A stretch of 64,000 nt of DNA, from NCBI GenBank assembly GCA_965263035.1, contig OZ253580.1:4640001-4704000 (forward strand), in the 5' to 3' direction. The DNA is from Acidobacteriota bacterium. GTDB lineage: Bacteria > Acidobacteriota > UBA6911 > RPQK01 > JAJDTT01. The notes beneath the pieces are model-generated. The model saw nothing but the letters and a program-made list of their open reading frames with translations. It ran no database searches and was not told the origin of the DNA. Below are positions 40,491 through 49,931 of the stretch, piece by piece. The position numbers and the translations under genes are program-made. How positions within the stretch are numbered: the first letter of the stretch is position 1; every line of letters begins with the position of its first letter.

Positions 40491-42287
40491 ATGGTTCGAC
40501 CGATCCCGTCCCAGACCGACGCCAGCGGACGGCCCCCCACCGGCCGGCCGGTGATCTACGCCACCCAGGGGGTCATTTCCAGCGGCCACTACCTGACCTC
40601 CATGGCCGGGATGGGCATGCTGCTGGGGGGCGGCAACGCCTTCGACGCGCTGGTGGCGGCCGGGTTCGCGGCTGCGGTGACCGAACCGGTGGCCTCCTAC
40701 TCGTTGGCGGCCGAGTCGGTCTTCATGCTCTACGACGCCGACAGCGGCGATCTCCTCTCGCTGAGCGGCCAGGGCACGGCTCCCGAACTGGCCACGGTCG
40801 ACTTCTTTCGCAGTCAAGGACTGGACGAGATCCCCACCGGTCCCGGACCCCTGGCCCATCTCTCCTTTACGGTTCCGGGCGTGGTGGACGCGTTGCTGTC
40901 TCTTCTGGAGCGATACGGAACCTTCCCCCTGTCTCAGGTTCTGGAGCCGGCTATCCACCTGGCTCAGGCCGGGTTTCCGCACTACGAGTACATGGTCGAC
41001 GCTCTGGACTCCCAGGCCACCCGGGACCAGTTCAACCAGTACCCGCCCGGCGGCAACGAGATCTTCTACCAGGACGGGAAGCTTCCCCGGCCGGGGTCGC
41101 TCCTGGTTCAACCCGGCCTGGCTCGAACGCTGCGGCGGCTGGCCGCCAATGAGGGAGGCGGTTCCCGGGATCGGCTCGAGGGCATCCGGGCGGCCCGGCG
41201 AGACTACTACCAGGGAGACTTGGCCCGCACCCTGGTGGACTGCGCCCGCCGCGCCGGAGGCATTCTGAGCGCCGAGGACCTGGCGGGGTACCGGGCCAAA
41301 TTCGAGGAACCGGCCCGCACCCGTTACCGCGGCTACGAGATCTGCTGCCAGCGGACCTGGTCCCAGGCCCCGGTCCTGCTGCAGACCTTGAACCTTCTGG
41401 AGCATTTCGACCTCCGGGCCCTGGGCCACAACTCGCCGGCGTACGTCCACACCGTGGTGGAGGCTCTGAAGTTGGCGATCACCGACCGTGAAGCCTTCTA
41501 TGGCGACCCCGATTTCGCCCGCGTTCCCCTGGACGGACTCCTCTCGAAGGAATACGCGGCGGAGCGGGTCCCGCTCATCGATCCCGGCAAGGCGCATCCC
41601 GACACACCGCCGCCCGGCAATCCTTGGAAGTACTCCCAGGAACCCCTGGAACGTCCGTCCCAGGAGGCCCCATCCCCTTCACCCCTCCAGGGACCCAGCC
41701 ACGCCGAGCAGGGGACGACCCACATCGCCGTGGTGGACCATCATGGCAACCTGGTGTGCGCGACCCCCAGCGGCGGGTCCTTCGGCAAGTCGGTCTTCTT
41801 CCCCGAGATCGGTTGCGCCCTGAGCACCCGTAGCGAGATGTTCTTCCTGAAGCCGGGCCACCCCAATTGCCTGGAGCCGGGGAAACGGCCCCGGACCACC
41901 CTGGTCGGCTACCTGGTGGTGAAGGACGGGCAACCGGTCATGACCGTCGGCTGCCCCGGCGGCGACCATCAGGCCCAGGCCAACCTCCAGCTCTTGCTCA
42001 ACGTGCTGGTCTTCGGGATGAACATCCAGGAAGCCATCGAGGCGCCCCGCTTCGGGAGCGACAGCCTCCGCAATTCCTTCTACCCGCACGTCTACTTCCC
42101 GGGACAACTCTCCCTGGAAGAGTCCTTCCCCCAATCCACCCGCCGCGAGCTGGAGCGCTTGGGCCATAAGGTCGCGCCGGCTCTCGTCTGCGGAATGGGA
42201 GCCACCCTCACCTGGCGCGATCCGTCCACCGGAATCCTGGCCACCGGCGCCGACCCCCGCCGAGCCTGCTACGCCCTGGGTTGGTAA
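40491..42287 (+). CDS. ggt: Gamma-glutamyltransferase family protein
   Basis: GGNAFDA, TVPG, QPGLARTL, DREAFYGDP, GTTH (Thr nucleophile), PGKRPRTTL, ADPRR. Confidence 0.9.
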   Translation: MVRPIPSQTDASGRPPTGRPVIYATQGVISSGHYLTSMAGMGMLLGGGNAFDALVAAGFAAAVTEPVASYSLAAESVFMLYDADSGDLLSLSGQGTAPELATVDFFRSQGLDEIPTGPGPLAHLSFTVPGVVDALLSLLERYGTFPLSQVLEPAIHLAQAGFPHYEYMVDALDSQATRDQFNQYPPGGNEIFYQDGKLPRPGSLLVQPGLARTLRRLAANEGGGSRDRLEGIRAARRDYYQGDLARTLVDCARRAGGILSAEDLAGYRAKFEEPARTRYRGYEICCQRTWSQAPVLLQTLNLLEHFDLRALGHNSPAYVHTVVEALKLAITDREAFYGDPDFARVPLDGLLSKEYAAERVPLIDPGKAHPDTPPPGNPWKYSQEPLERPSQEAPSPSPLQGPSHAEQGTTHIAVVDHHGNLVCATPSGGSFGKSVFFPEIGCALSTRSEMFFLKPGHPNCLEPGKRPRTTLVGYLVVKDGQPVMTVGCPGGDHQAQANLQLLLNVLVFGMNIQEAIEAPRFGSDSLRNSFYPHVYFPGQLSLEESFPQSTRRELERLGHKVAPALVCGMGATLTWRDPSTGILATGADPRRACYALGW

Positions 42288-42288
42288 C

Positions 42289-42560
42289 GGGAGCGCCGAA
42301 TGGGAGCGGCGGCTTTCTTGCCGCCGAATGGGAACGGCGGCTTTCTTGCCGCCGACTCTTACGATCACCGACGACCGGCACCCCCCCCTCTCCCTCGCCG
42401 TCGTTTTTGCTATGGATAGCAAATCTTTTACTATCCATAGTAAAACTCGGATCCTTTTCCGCTATTCATAGCGAAAAATACTCTCTTCTGGGTGAGTCCG
42501 GGAACGGGAGCGGCGGCTTTCTTGCCGCCGAATGGGAACGGCGACTTTCCAGTCGCCGAC
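42289..42560. repeat. REP hairpins enclosing AT-rich palindromic units
   Basis: ggagcggcggctttcttgccgccga copies; TTTTGCTATGGATAGCAAA, TTTTACTATCCATAGTAAAA, CGCTATTCATAGCG. Confidence 0.8.
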
Positions 42561-42642
42561 TCTTACAAACCCGAGCGACCAGAACGTCCTCCAACTCAGG
42601 TCGTACCGGCCTTCCGTCCAAACCGAAACAACACGGCCAGCA
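42388..42642. repeat. Left copy of a diverged direct repeat including the last ~16 codons of the NRAMP-like gene
   Basis: Aligns with 47069-47262; encodes LLAVLFRFGRKAGTT* versus LLAVLFRFRGKAGTT*. Confidence 0.85.
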
Positions 42643-42984
42643 ATGCCTGCGCGCGATACTGTTGGTGTACGAGTCGCGACGAAATGGCACAAACCACGCT
42701 TTAGGCACTCTGGCCCAGTTCTTCAGATCCGGTATCAGCCTGACGACTGTGTGTCCTATCTCAAAGACAGATCTCGGTTCGACGGCTGCAAGCGTCTCGA
42801 TGCTGTTGAGGTGCTGCAGGTACGGTTCCAAATAGTCCTCCAGTGTCACGCCGCGATCCGGGTTCCTCCAATACTGTGTAACCTGCCGAAGGACATGGAA
42901 CAGTTTTATTTGCCCCAGCAATTAGGCCGGTGCGATCGTGATCGCCAGTACCAGTGGACATAGTCCAATCCGCGTGACTCTCAT
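42643..42984 (-). pseudogene. Secreted hypothetical protein with in-frame TAA (42922-42924), apparently truncated at the repeat
   Basis: RBS gggaga; MRVTRIGLCPLVLAITIAPA*LLGQIKLFHVLRQ... Confidence 0.5.
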
Positions 42985-43188
42985 TGTGTTCTCCCCCCTG
43001 TTTAGAATGAATCCATCGGATCGTTGATCTCGAGTGCACGACCGGCGGGACGCGACGCGCGACGTGCAAACCCTTACTGGAGTTGATGGCTTACGGCTGA
43101 CAAAGGTTCGGGGAGACTCATTATCACCGGCGTGGAGGGGGGCGCACTACGGGCGAGAGCCTCTCCACATTTCCATCAAAGCCAACGG

Positions 43189-43662
43189 CTAGGCGCTCAC
43201 CCTAACCCGTCGCGCCAAGATCCAGTGCGGAAGGAAGACCAGAACGTCGATCAACATCACGATGGCCACCAGCGCCAGACTTTGGCTAGCTTGTCTGCGT
43301 TCGGCTCGGAGCACGCTACGGTAGCTATCCTTCCGCTTTCGGGTGGTCTCGTCCTCGGTAATTCCCGGTCCTCCTCGCGGCTCCGTTGAAGCTCCTCTGT
43401 GAGTGAACTTATAGGTCTTTTCATCGCCCGGCCCTTTCCCACGGGAAGGTGGAGCCGACCATTGAACGTAGGACACAGATCGAGGTGAATTGCGGAATGA
43501 GTCATTGGACTGGTGCCGTTCGTACTCGTAAGCGCTCAGGGTGAACTCGGGGTAGGTGATCTGAAGTAGGTCATAGATACCGACGCCCAGGGCGATGATG
43601 ATGCAGAGCAGGGTAACGAAGCAGACGGCCAACCCATAGATCTCGACAGAGGACTTTTTCAC
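43189..43662 (-). CDS. Hypothetical two-TM membrane protein
   Basis: EIYGLAVCFVTLLCIIIALGVGIYDL ... LIDVLVFLPHWILARR; RBS ggag. Confidence 0.7.
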   Translation of the reverse strand: MKKSSVEIYGLAVCFVTLLCIIIALGVGIYDLLQITYPEFTLSAYEYERHQSNDSFRNSPRSVSYVQWSAPPSRGKGPGDEKTYKFTHRGASTEPRGGPGITEDETTRKRKDSYRSVLRAERRQASQSLALVAIVMLIDVLVFLPHWILARRVRVSA

Positions 43663-43773
43663 GGTTCGGACACTCCGAAGGCTTCATCATAATTCACACT
43701 GCACCCCCTGCTCGCCTTTCTCTCAGGGGGGTGCCCCCCTGTGGCTGCCCCGGGGAGCCTTCGACCGGCTCCG

Positions 43774-44164
43774 TTACGGACGTTGAAGCGGGGCCACCGT
43801 TCCGCCAGGAACAAGGCCTAGGGGTCGGGACCGGTCGCGTTCGGGCCTTACAAGCCCGTACACTTGCCGGATCGCCTCCGCTTTCCTGCGGAGTAGCAGT
43901 ACTTTTCCCAGGTGTTTTTCTGCAGCGACATGGTCCCCACTGTACAGGGCCTTTTGGGACAGGGAGCAGCGAATGGCATCCAGCAGCCACATCGTCCCCC
44001 AACACACACCTGTCATGAAAAGAGAGGTTCCCTGTAAGACAACAAGTCTCTGGCCATAATTGTGGAACGCATAGAAGCCCAACGCCGCTCCGCCGACCGA
44101 CCCGCAGACCATGGACACGCCAATAACAATTAGGGTTTTCTTACGGATACGGCTCCAACTTCAT
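43774..44164 (-). pseudogene. Hypothetical membrane protein, possibly frameshifted just after its start
   Basis: RBS gagg + ATG-A-AGT TGG AGC... gives SWSRIRKKTLIVIGVSMVCG in the frame of ORF 43774-44118. Confidence 0.35.
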
Positions 44165-44314
44165 CTTAGACCTCAATAGTACTCTGCCGTCTGGAATTTG
44201 GCCCGTCCACCGCCCACCGCCGGCTCGGGAGAAGCCACTCCCCTCCTAATGGAGCGCTCGCACACCCTATCTTCAGGGGAGGTTCTGGCCTCGGTCTCCT
44301 GCCGCACTCCTCAG

Positions 44315-45424
44315 TCAGTAACTGAGATTTGCTCGAAAATCGGGTATCCTGCCCGCCGCCGCGAGAACTCCCCATTCGTCCAACCGGCCACGGTGCATCT
44401 TCCAGAACCTTGAACAGAGCTCGAAGTACTTAAGCACGACATCTCGTTCGCCGATCTCAAGGAGAGCTTTGGCGAGCAGCATATTCGGCCCGAATGAATT
44501 GAGTTGGGGGGAGCCCGGAGTGTTGCCAGCGGCAATCAGACGCGATTTCGCCTCCTCGATGTTGCCCTCGCGCAAGGCGATTCGACCCAGCACGAGGTGG
44601 CCGTGGTGGACTCGGTTTCCGTAATTCCAACCCGCTTCAGTGTTTTGCAGCATGAGTTCCGCATACTGACGAGCCTTGTCAAGCTGATCCGCAGCGAATG
44701 CCGCCTTCGCGAGATCTTCCAGAAGGGAGTCTCTGCGCGATTCACCTGCAAGTGCATAGGCTTTTTCAAGTTCTTCCAACTCCCTCTCGGAGATCTTCTG
44801 GTGGATCACTCCGGACCCCTGATCGGCTGCCAAGCCATAAGTGTTCCCCAGTTTCTCCGGCCATTTGGGATTGGACGGATCGAGAGATTGGGCTCGCTTG
44901 AGCAATTCGATCGAGGTCCTGCGGTCGCCGAACAGGAAGAAATGTGCCGCGTTCCCCAACAGCGTCGCGCTTTCAGGTTTGCCTTCGAGCTGCTCCATCC
45001 AGGCCTTCTTGGCCTCCGAATAACCCTCCGAATCAAGAATGTGATCAATCCTTGCCTGGGGATGTTCCAAGACTTCGGATTCGGCTGAGTTCCGGATCAG
45101 CCACAGTACGTGCCGGCGTTTTTCGAACTTGGCCGAGTCGTCGCGTAACACTCGGCGGCCCCAGTAATAGCCGAGAAGCTGCGTCCGTGATGTCATGTCA
45201 TTCGGATCGCTCACCAGTTTCTCTTCGAGCGAAGCAACCTGTTCCGAGCTGAGCCCGCGACCGGTCTTCAGGTCTTCGTAGACACTCTTTTCGCTGGATG
45301 AACCCTCAGGATTTCCTCCAGGTGTTTCAACGGATGGAGCGCCAAGACCCACCGGGCAGAGGACAATGGCCAAAATGGTGACCATGGACACAGTCTGAAG
45401 CGCCAAGAACCTTTCCTTTCGCAT
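44315..45424 (-). CDS. Secreted TPR-like helical repeat protein
   Basis: Signal peptide; LLKRAQSLDP; HLVLGRIALREGNIEEAK; GSPQLNSFGPNM. Confidence 0.7.
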   Translation of the reverse strand: MRKERFLALQTVSMVTILAIVLCPVGLGAPSVETPGGNPEGSSSEKSVYEDLKTGRGLSSEQVASLEEKLVSDPNDMTSRTQLLGYYWGRRVLRDDSAKFEKRRHVLWLIRNSAESEVLEHPQARIDHILDSEGYSEAKKAWMEQLEGKPESATLLGNAAHFFLFGDRRTSIELLKRAQSLDPSNPKWPEKLGNTYGLAADQGSGVIHQKISERELEELEKAYALAGESRRDSLLEDLAKAAFAADQLDKARQYAELMLQNTEAGWNYGNRVHHGHLVLGRIALREGNIEEAKSRLIAAGNTPGSPQLNSFGPNMLLAKALLEIGERDVVLKYFELCSRFWKMHRGRLDEWGVLAAAGRIPDFRANLSY

Positions 45425-45503
45425 TTTCTCTCCTTTCCTTCCCTGAAATCTCGGGATCGTACCCATTCACCCGTTCAGCTGACCGCTCTCAATGACTAGA
45501 TGG

Positions 45504-46050
45504 TCATGGCGCCGGGTCCGGCCCTTCTATTATGAGATTTCCTCTTGAGGTGGCCAGCAAAGACCTGCCCACCCGCGTTCCGTCAGGGGCGATCCCGTAG
45601 AGAATCGTGTCGGCTCGACTGTCTGAGTCGAACGTGATCTGGCCGTTCTCCAGGCGGTATATGTAGCTGGTGTCGGAGGATGACCCATAGTTACACTCGC
45701 CGCCACCCGGCGGGCAAATCTCATCGGCGGGCAACATGCTCACGTAAACAGTCCCATTTTTCACGAAGGCGCCAGTAACCATCCCGATCTCTCCGGAGTC
45801 CACCACCTGATTGAAGTTGTAGGTGCGTTGCAGTTCCCCTGTGAAGGAATACTCATGGATGGCATCGCCCGGCCGTTCTGGAGTCAGAAAGATGCCAGTG
45901 TCCGTGCTGAGCACGTTTTTTGCCTCCGGTTCAGGGTCCCCATGAAAGGATTGGAGGTATTGCCCATCACTTGAGAAGCGATGGATTCCTACCTTTAGAT
46001 CGGGACCGGCACCGAGAATGAAGAAGTCCCCGTAGGGAGTGCGGAACCTG
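45504..46050 (-). pseudogene. 5'-truncated beta-propeller (NHL/6-bladed-like) gene fragment
   Basis: Frame is open upstream of the listed ORF (TPYGDFFILG...IHRFSSDGQYLQSF; IHEYSFTGELQRTY) with no start until the GAACCTGTCCC motif. Confidence 0.5.
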
Positions 46051-46082
46051 TCCCAATTGGGGACTGTCCCCAGTGCTGGTCA

Positions 46083-46379
46083 TTATGGATCACGACGATC
46101 GTGGCCGAGATCGTAATCGGGATTCTGGCCAGTATCATCGTCACGTGGTTTAGTCGGCAAAGGGAATTCCGCGCCGACAAAGGCGCCTCGCGTCTGGCGG
46201 GCCGTGAGAACATGATCGCGGCCCTGGAGGCGTTGCGTCGATCGGTGGAGCAGCCCCATCTTTCCGACCAGCTCTCCGAATTTGGCGTTTCGGGTAGGGG
46301 TTGCGGTGGAATTCTGCGCCTGTTCATGACCCACTCCCCACTGGAGGAGCGAATCGCCGCCTTGCGCTCCGGTCGGTGA
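46083..46379 (+). pseudogene. htpX: 3' fragment of protease HtpX
   Basis: GILASIIVTWFSRQREFRADKGASRLAGRENMIAAL...LFMTHSPLEERIAAL; HExxH half missing. Confidence 0.85.
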
Positions 46380-46581
46380 TGCTTCGCAGTCGCGAGCTTG
46401 AGAATTAGTCTGGCAGTCTCCCTCAACATTCCCGTTCGCAAAGGAGTGCCGAGAGGTAGCGATGGTCCTCCGCCCACCGCAGATCTTCAGGATGATATGC
46501 GAGGAAATGACGCCGTATCTTCCACAGTGGGGGGGGCTTCTTGCCTTCTCGCAGAGGAGCGCGGATTGTCCCTGACGAGGG

Positions 46582-46812
46582 TCAACTGAAGAAGGCCAAC
46601 TTCCCCAAAAGGGCTAGAGCCGCATACGCGGCCCACTCCAAACGAGCTACGCGCTTGTCCAACCCTGCCAGGTTCGCTTTCACGTCATCAACGTCGGCCC
46701 TGGTGGCGAGCTGTTCCGGGATCGGAACGGCCGCAGCAGCAGCCTTAGCCTTGTCGTCAGGTGCGCCAGCGGCGAGGAGTGCTTCGTAGAGTTCGCTTAC
46801 GATGTAGCTCAT
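46582..46812 (-). CDS. Small coiled-coil + C-terminal TM protein (DUF1640/CCDC90-like)
   Basis: ELYEALLAAGAPDDKAKAAA...LATRADV...LEW + hydrophobic tail. Confidence 0.6.
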   Translation of the reverse strand: MSYIVSELYEALLAAGAPDDKAKAAAAAVPIPEQLATRADVDDVKANLAGLDKRVARLEWAAYAALALLGKLAFFS

Positions 46813-46834
46813 GTCCAGTCTTCTTCTAGGAGAA

Positions 46835-47020
46835 TCACCGTGGACCGCGCGATTCACCGCTTCCGATCTCACGTTCAAGCTCCATTATACGGACTTCGAT
46901 CAAGTGCCGTAGCTCAGAGACCGTCTGGCGACTGGTAGCGAAACACGCCGTCTTAAAGCGCCGATGTACAGGGGCTGGCACATCGATGCTGAGCCGTTTC
47001 GCTGGCTCGTTTCCAGTCAT
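46835..47020 (-). CDS. ParG-like ribbon-helix-helix protein, possibly a remnant
   Basis: KRLSIDVPAPVHRRFKTAC...VSELRHLIE. Confidence 0.55.
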   Translation of the reverse strand: MTGNEPAKRLSIDVPAPVHRRFKTACFATSRQTVSELRHLIEVRIMELEREIGSGESRGPR

Positions 47021-47068
47021 CTGTGAAGGCGCGCCTGTGCGGACCGGAGCGTGGCCGAGGCCAGTCAG

Positions 47069-47262
47069 CTCTCCCTTGCAGTCGTTTTCGCCATGAATAG
47101 CAAATATTTTGCTATTCATGGCGAAAATTGGTCTCCTTTGGGTGAGTTTGGGAGCGGGAGCGGCGTTTTCCAACCGCCGATTCTTACGAGCACGGACGAC
47201 CCGAAAGCCCCCAACTCAGGTCGTACCGGCCTTCCCCCGAAACCGGAACAACACCGCCAGCA
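47069..47262. repeat. Right copy of the direct repeat; contains a perfect 20-3-20 palindrome (47085-47127) and a REP
   Basis: TTTTCGCCATGAATAGCAAA-TAT-TTTGCTATTCATGGCGAAAA. Confidence 0.85.
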
Positions 47263-48898
47263 GCACGAATCCCCCGGCAGCGACCAATCCCGGAACCCCG
47301 ATCCGCGACCAGATGCTGTAGGCGCAGCCCAACGTGGCGAACCCCGTGGCCAGGGCCATCATCACGTTCCAGACCACTCGCTTTCCTCCCCGGGGCAGGT
47401 TCTCGCCCAACAGCTTCCGCTGGTTCATGAGCAGGAAGAAGGAGATGTACGCAATGGGCAGTAGCGCCATCCCGAAGATCGACGTGGGGACCGCCAGCCA
47501 GAACTGGGCATCCTTCCAGAAGAAGGGCCCCAGCACCCCCACCACGGCGGCCAGTGAGCCCAGCCGATAGGCCCGCCCCTTGGGCTCCAGTCCCAGCATC
47601 TCGCAGACCACGAACCCCGAGATCAGCATGAGGATGGCGATGCTGGAGAGGGCCATTCCCACCACGCCGATTCCGAACACCACCCGGGCGAACAGGCTGC
47701 CGGTGAGAGGCTCCAGCGACTCCGCCAGATTGAAGGCGTCCCGTTTCACCAGCATGGCGGCTATTTCCTTCTCCGCCTGCGGCAACTCCTCGGCCGCCCG
47801 GCTTCTCGCTTCCGCGGACAGCCCCGGACTGGTGGCTGCAATCCGCTCCCTCAACAGGCCCTGGTAGCCGGCCACCAATTTGGGAGGAGGCGCCGGCCTC
47901 TCCGCCTCCGAGACCAGGCCGGCCGCGGGACGGGTGTGAAACTGGCTGGCCGAGGCGATGACCACGCAACTGGTGGCGAGCAGGAAGGGGATGAGCATCC
48001 CGGTGGACAGGTCGAAGATGGCCAGACCGCGAAATTCCCGGTTCCAGCCTCGGGAGAGGAGGGAGTAGCCCAGCAGGAAGGTCATGTTGATCCCCACCGC
48101 CGTGGCGCTGGCGCTGATCATGACGTCGCGCTGCATCCCCAGGATCTTGCCGCTCCAGAACTCGCGCGAGGTCTCGCCGACCGCCTCCAGGAAGGGGGTG
48201 TAGGTAGCGGTCGGATGCATCAGGACGCTCAGGTCGGGGACGAACCCGGAGAGAACGGCTCCCCAGTTCAGGGCGCCCGGGGAGAGGGCCATCTTCACGA
48301 CCACGCCGAAGAAGCAGAGGACGATCAGTGCCACCACCACCTTCAGGGTCCCCTCGTACACCTTCACCCCCCAGCCGCCCTCGCCGTAGAGCCAGGTGAT
48401 GGAGATGGTGACCGCGAGGATGACGGCGCAGATGATCACCTTGCCGCCCAGGTCGCCGGTGACGCCGTCCGCTCCCAAGAGATCCGGCAGCAGGTTCTGC
48501 TGGACCGCGCTGGTAGCCAGGCTGTACTGGGGCAGGGACCAGACCATGTTGGCCATGAGGCTGGCGATGGCCCAGGCCCATCCCAGGAGGGGGCTCACGT
48601 GCCGGTTGATGGCCTGAAAGGGACGCTCGCCCGTGGAGAGGGTGACGTAGCTGATGGCGCCCAGCATGACGATGCCCAGGATCATGGCCACCGGTTGGAG
48701 CCAGAGGAGGGCGAAACCGGAGAGGGTTCCCAGGTAGAGGCCGCTGGCCAGGGAACCGCCTCCAAGGGTCAGGGCGCTCTGAAGCCAGCCCGGACCCGAG
48801 AGCCGGAAATAGGTCTTCAGCAGGGCGCCCCGGCCTTGGGCGCGGGCTTCCCGCAGCAGCAGCCGGTCGCCTTGGACATCCGATCTCTTCTCGGGCAT
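47216..48898 (-). CDS. NRAMP-like (APC superfamily) transporter
   Basis: LSGPGWLQSALTLGGGSL; multiple TM helices; AVGINMTFL. Confidence 0.75.
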   Translation of the reverse strand: MPEKRSDVQGDRLLLREARAQGRGALLKTYFRLSGPGWLQSALTLGGGSLASGLYLGTLSGFALLWLQPVAMILGIVMLGAISYVTLSTGERPFQAINRHVSPLLGWAWAIASLMANMVWSLPQYSLATSAVQQNLLPDLLGADGVTGDLGGKVIICAVILAVTISITWLYGEGGWGVKVYEGTLKVVVALIVLCFFGVVVKMALSPGALNWGAVLSGFVPDLSVLMHPTATYTPFLEAVGETSREFWSGKILGMQRDVMISASATAVGINMTFLLGYSLLSRGWNREFRGLAIFDLSTGMLIPFLLATSCVVIASASQFHTRPAAGLVSEAERPAPPPKLVAGYQGLLRERIAATSPGLSAEARSRAAEELPQAEKEIAAMLVKRDAFNLAESLEPLTGSLFARVVFGIGVVGMALSSIAILMLISGFVVCEMLGLEPKGRAYRLGSLAAVVGVLGPFFWKDAQFWLAVPTSIFGMALLPIAYISFFLLMNQRKLLGENLPRGGKRVVWNVMMALATGFATLGCAYSIWSRIGVPGLVAAGGFVLLAVLFRFRGKAGTT

Positions 48899-48998
48899 GA
48901 TTGCGTCCCGGTCGGTTGGACCATCCCGCACGGCGTTGACGGGTCATTCTGGCTGGGGCGTCCCCCGATTGCAAATCCAGCGGCGACAGGCGGTTCTG

Positions 48999-49931
48999 GT
49001 GGAATCTTTCTCAATTCTGGAGGATCGGATCGAGCTGGCGCAGGGGGCCTGGGCGGCGTCTCACCGTCTCGGAGTCCGCTGGCGCGGAAGGCGCATCCTG
49101 TCGCTGAGCCAGGGGCCGTACCGGCCCTACCTCTACCCGGTGTTCACTCCGGCCGGCTTCGCCGTCACTTCCGAGAGTCCAGCGGATCACCCCCACCACA
49201 GCTCCATCTGGGTGGCCCTGGACCGGGTCCGGTGCCTATTCCCTTATTCATCGGATGAAACCGAAGAAGGGACCTACAACTTCTATGTGAACGGGACCTT
49301 TCAGGGCCGGGCGCCGGGACGGATCCTGACCACCGGAGTCGAGTCCGAAGAGCTGGCTCCGGACCACCTGAGAATCCAGTTGAACCTCCAGTGGCGGGGT
49401 CCGGAGGAATGGGCCGCATCGGAAGGACGAGTCCTCCTGACCGAGACCCGGACGCTGGACATCCGTCCGGGGGAGCGGGCGAACCGGATCGACGTCCGCT
49501 CCCGCCTCCAGGCCGGCCAGTGGGATATCGAGCTGGGGCCGACTCGCCATGGACTTTTCGGGGTGCGACTGATCGAGACCCTGACCGTGACCCATGGCGG
49601 AAGGCTTCTGGACTCGGAGGGGCGTGAGGGGGGACGGGACATCAGTCGTGAGAGCGCCGATTGGGTGGACGGTTCCGGGACCTTGGGAAGGGGGGTCCGT
49701 GCGGGCGTGGCCCTGTTTCCCCATTCCTCGACGGCCGGTCATCCCTGGTACGTGACCGATTGGGGGACCCTGACCATCAACCCCATGGCCAGCCGCGTCT
49801 GGTCGCTGGAACCGGGACAGAACGTGGAGTTCGGGCTTCGAGTCGCGGTCCACGACGGCGACGCCCGCGAGGCGCAGGTCGGAGAGGTTTACCGGGAGTT
49901 TCAGGAAGAAATCGAAAGGGGAAGCCGATGA
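48999..49931 (+). CDS. DUF6807 / so-called PmoA-like family protein (start uncertain)
   Basis: RPYLYPVFTPAG...PADHPHHSSIW; LLTETR; WVDGSG. Confidence 0.75.
   Translation: MESFSILEDRIELAQGAWAASHRLGVRWRGRRILSLSQGPYRPYLYPVFTPAGFAVTSESPADHPHHSSIWVALDRVRCLFPYSSDETEEGTYNFYVNGTFQGRAPGRILTTGVESEELAPDHLRIQLNLQWRGPEEWAASEGRVLLTETRTLDIRPGERANRIDVRSRLQAGQWDIELGPTRHGLFGVRLIETLTVTHGGRLLDSEGREGGRDISRESADWVDGSGTLGRGVRAGVALFPHSSTAGHPWYVTDWGTLTINPMASRVWSLEPGQNVEFGLRVAVHDGDAREAQVGEVYREFQEEIERGSR

Noticed and set aside
1865-42924. Alternative genetic code or Sec/Pyl recoding to explain the in-frame stops
   Set aside because: All three stop types occur (TAG, TAA, TGA). Where a comparison is possible they are one substitution from the expected codon. 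They are confined to accessory genes, and all three terminate normal genes here.
42643-47020. Integron cassette array (co-oriented small lower-GC genes)
   Set aside because: No RYYYAAC...GTTRRRY attC structures recognised between the genes and no integrase.
48999-49931. Methane monooxygenase PmoA
   Set aside because: Soluble DUF6807-type protein with a misleading family name; no TM helices and no pmoB/pmoC.
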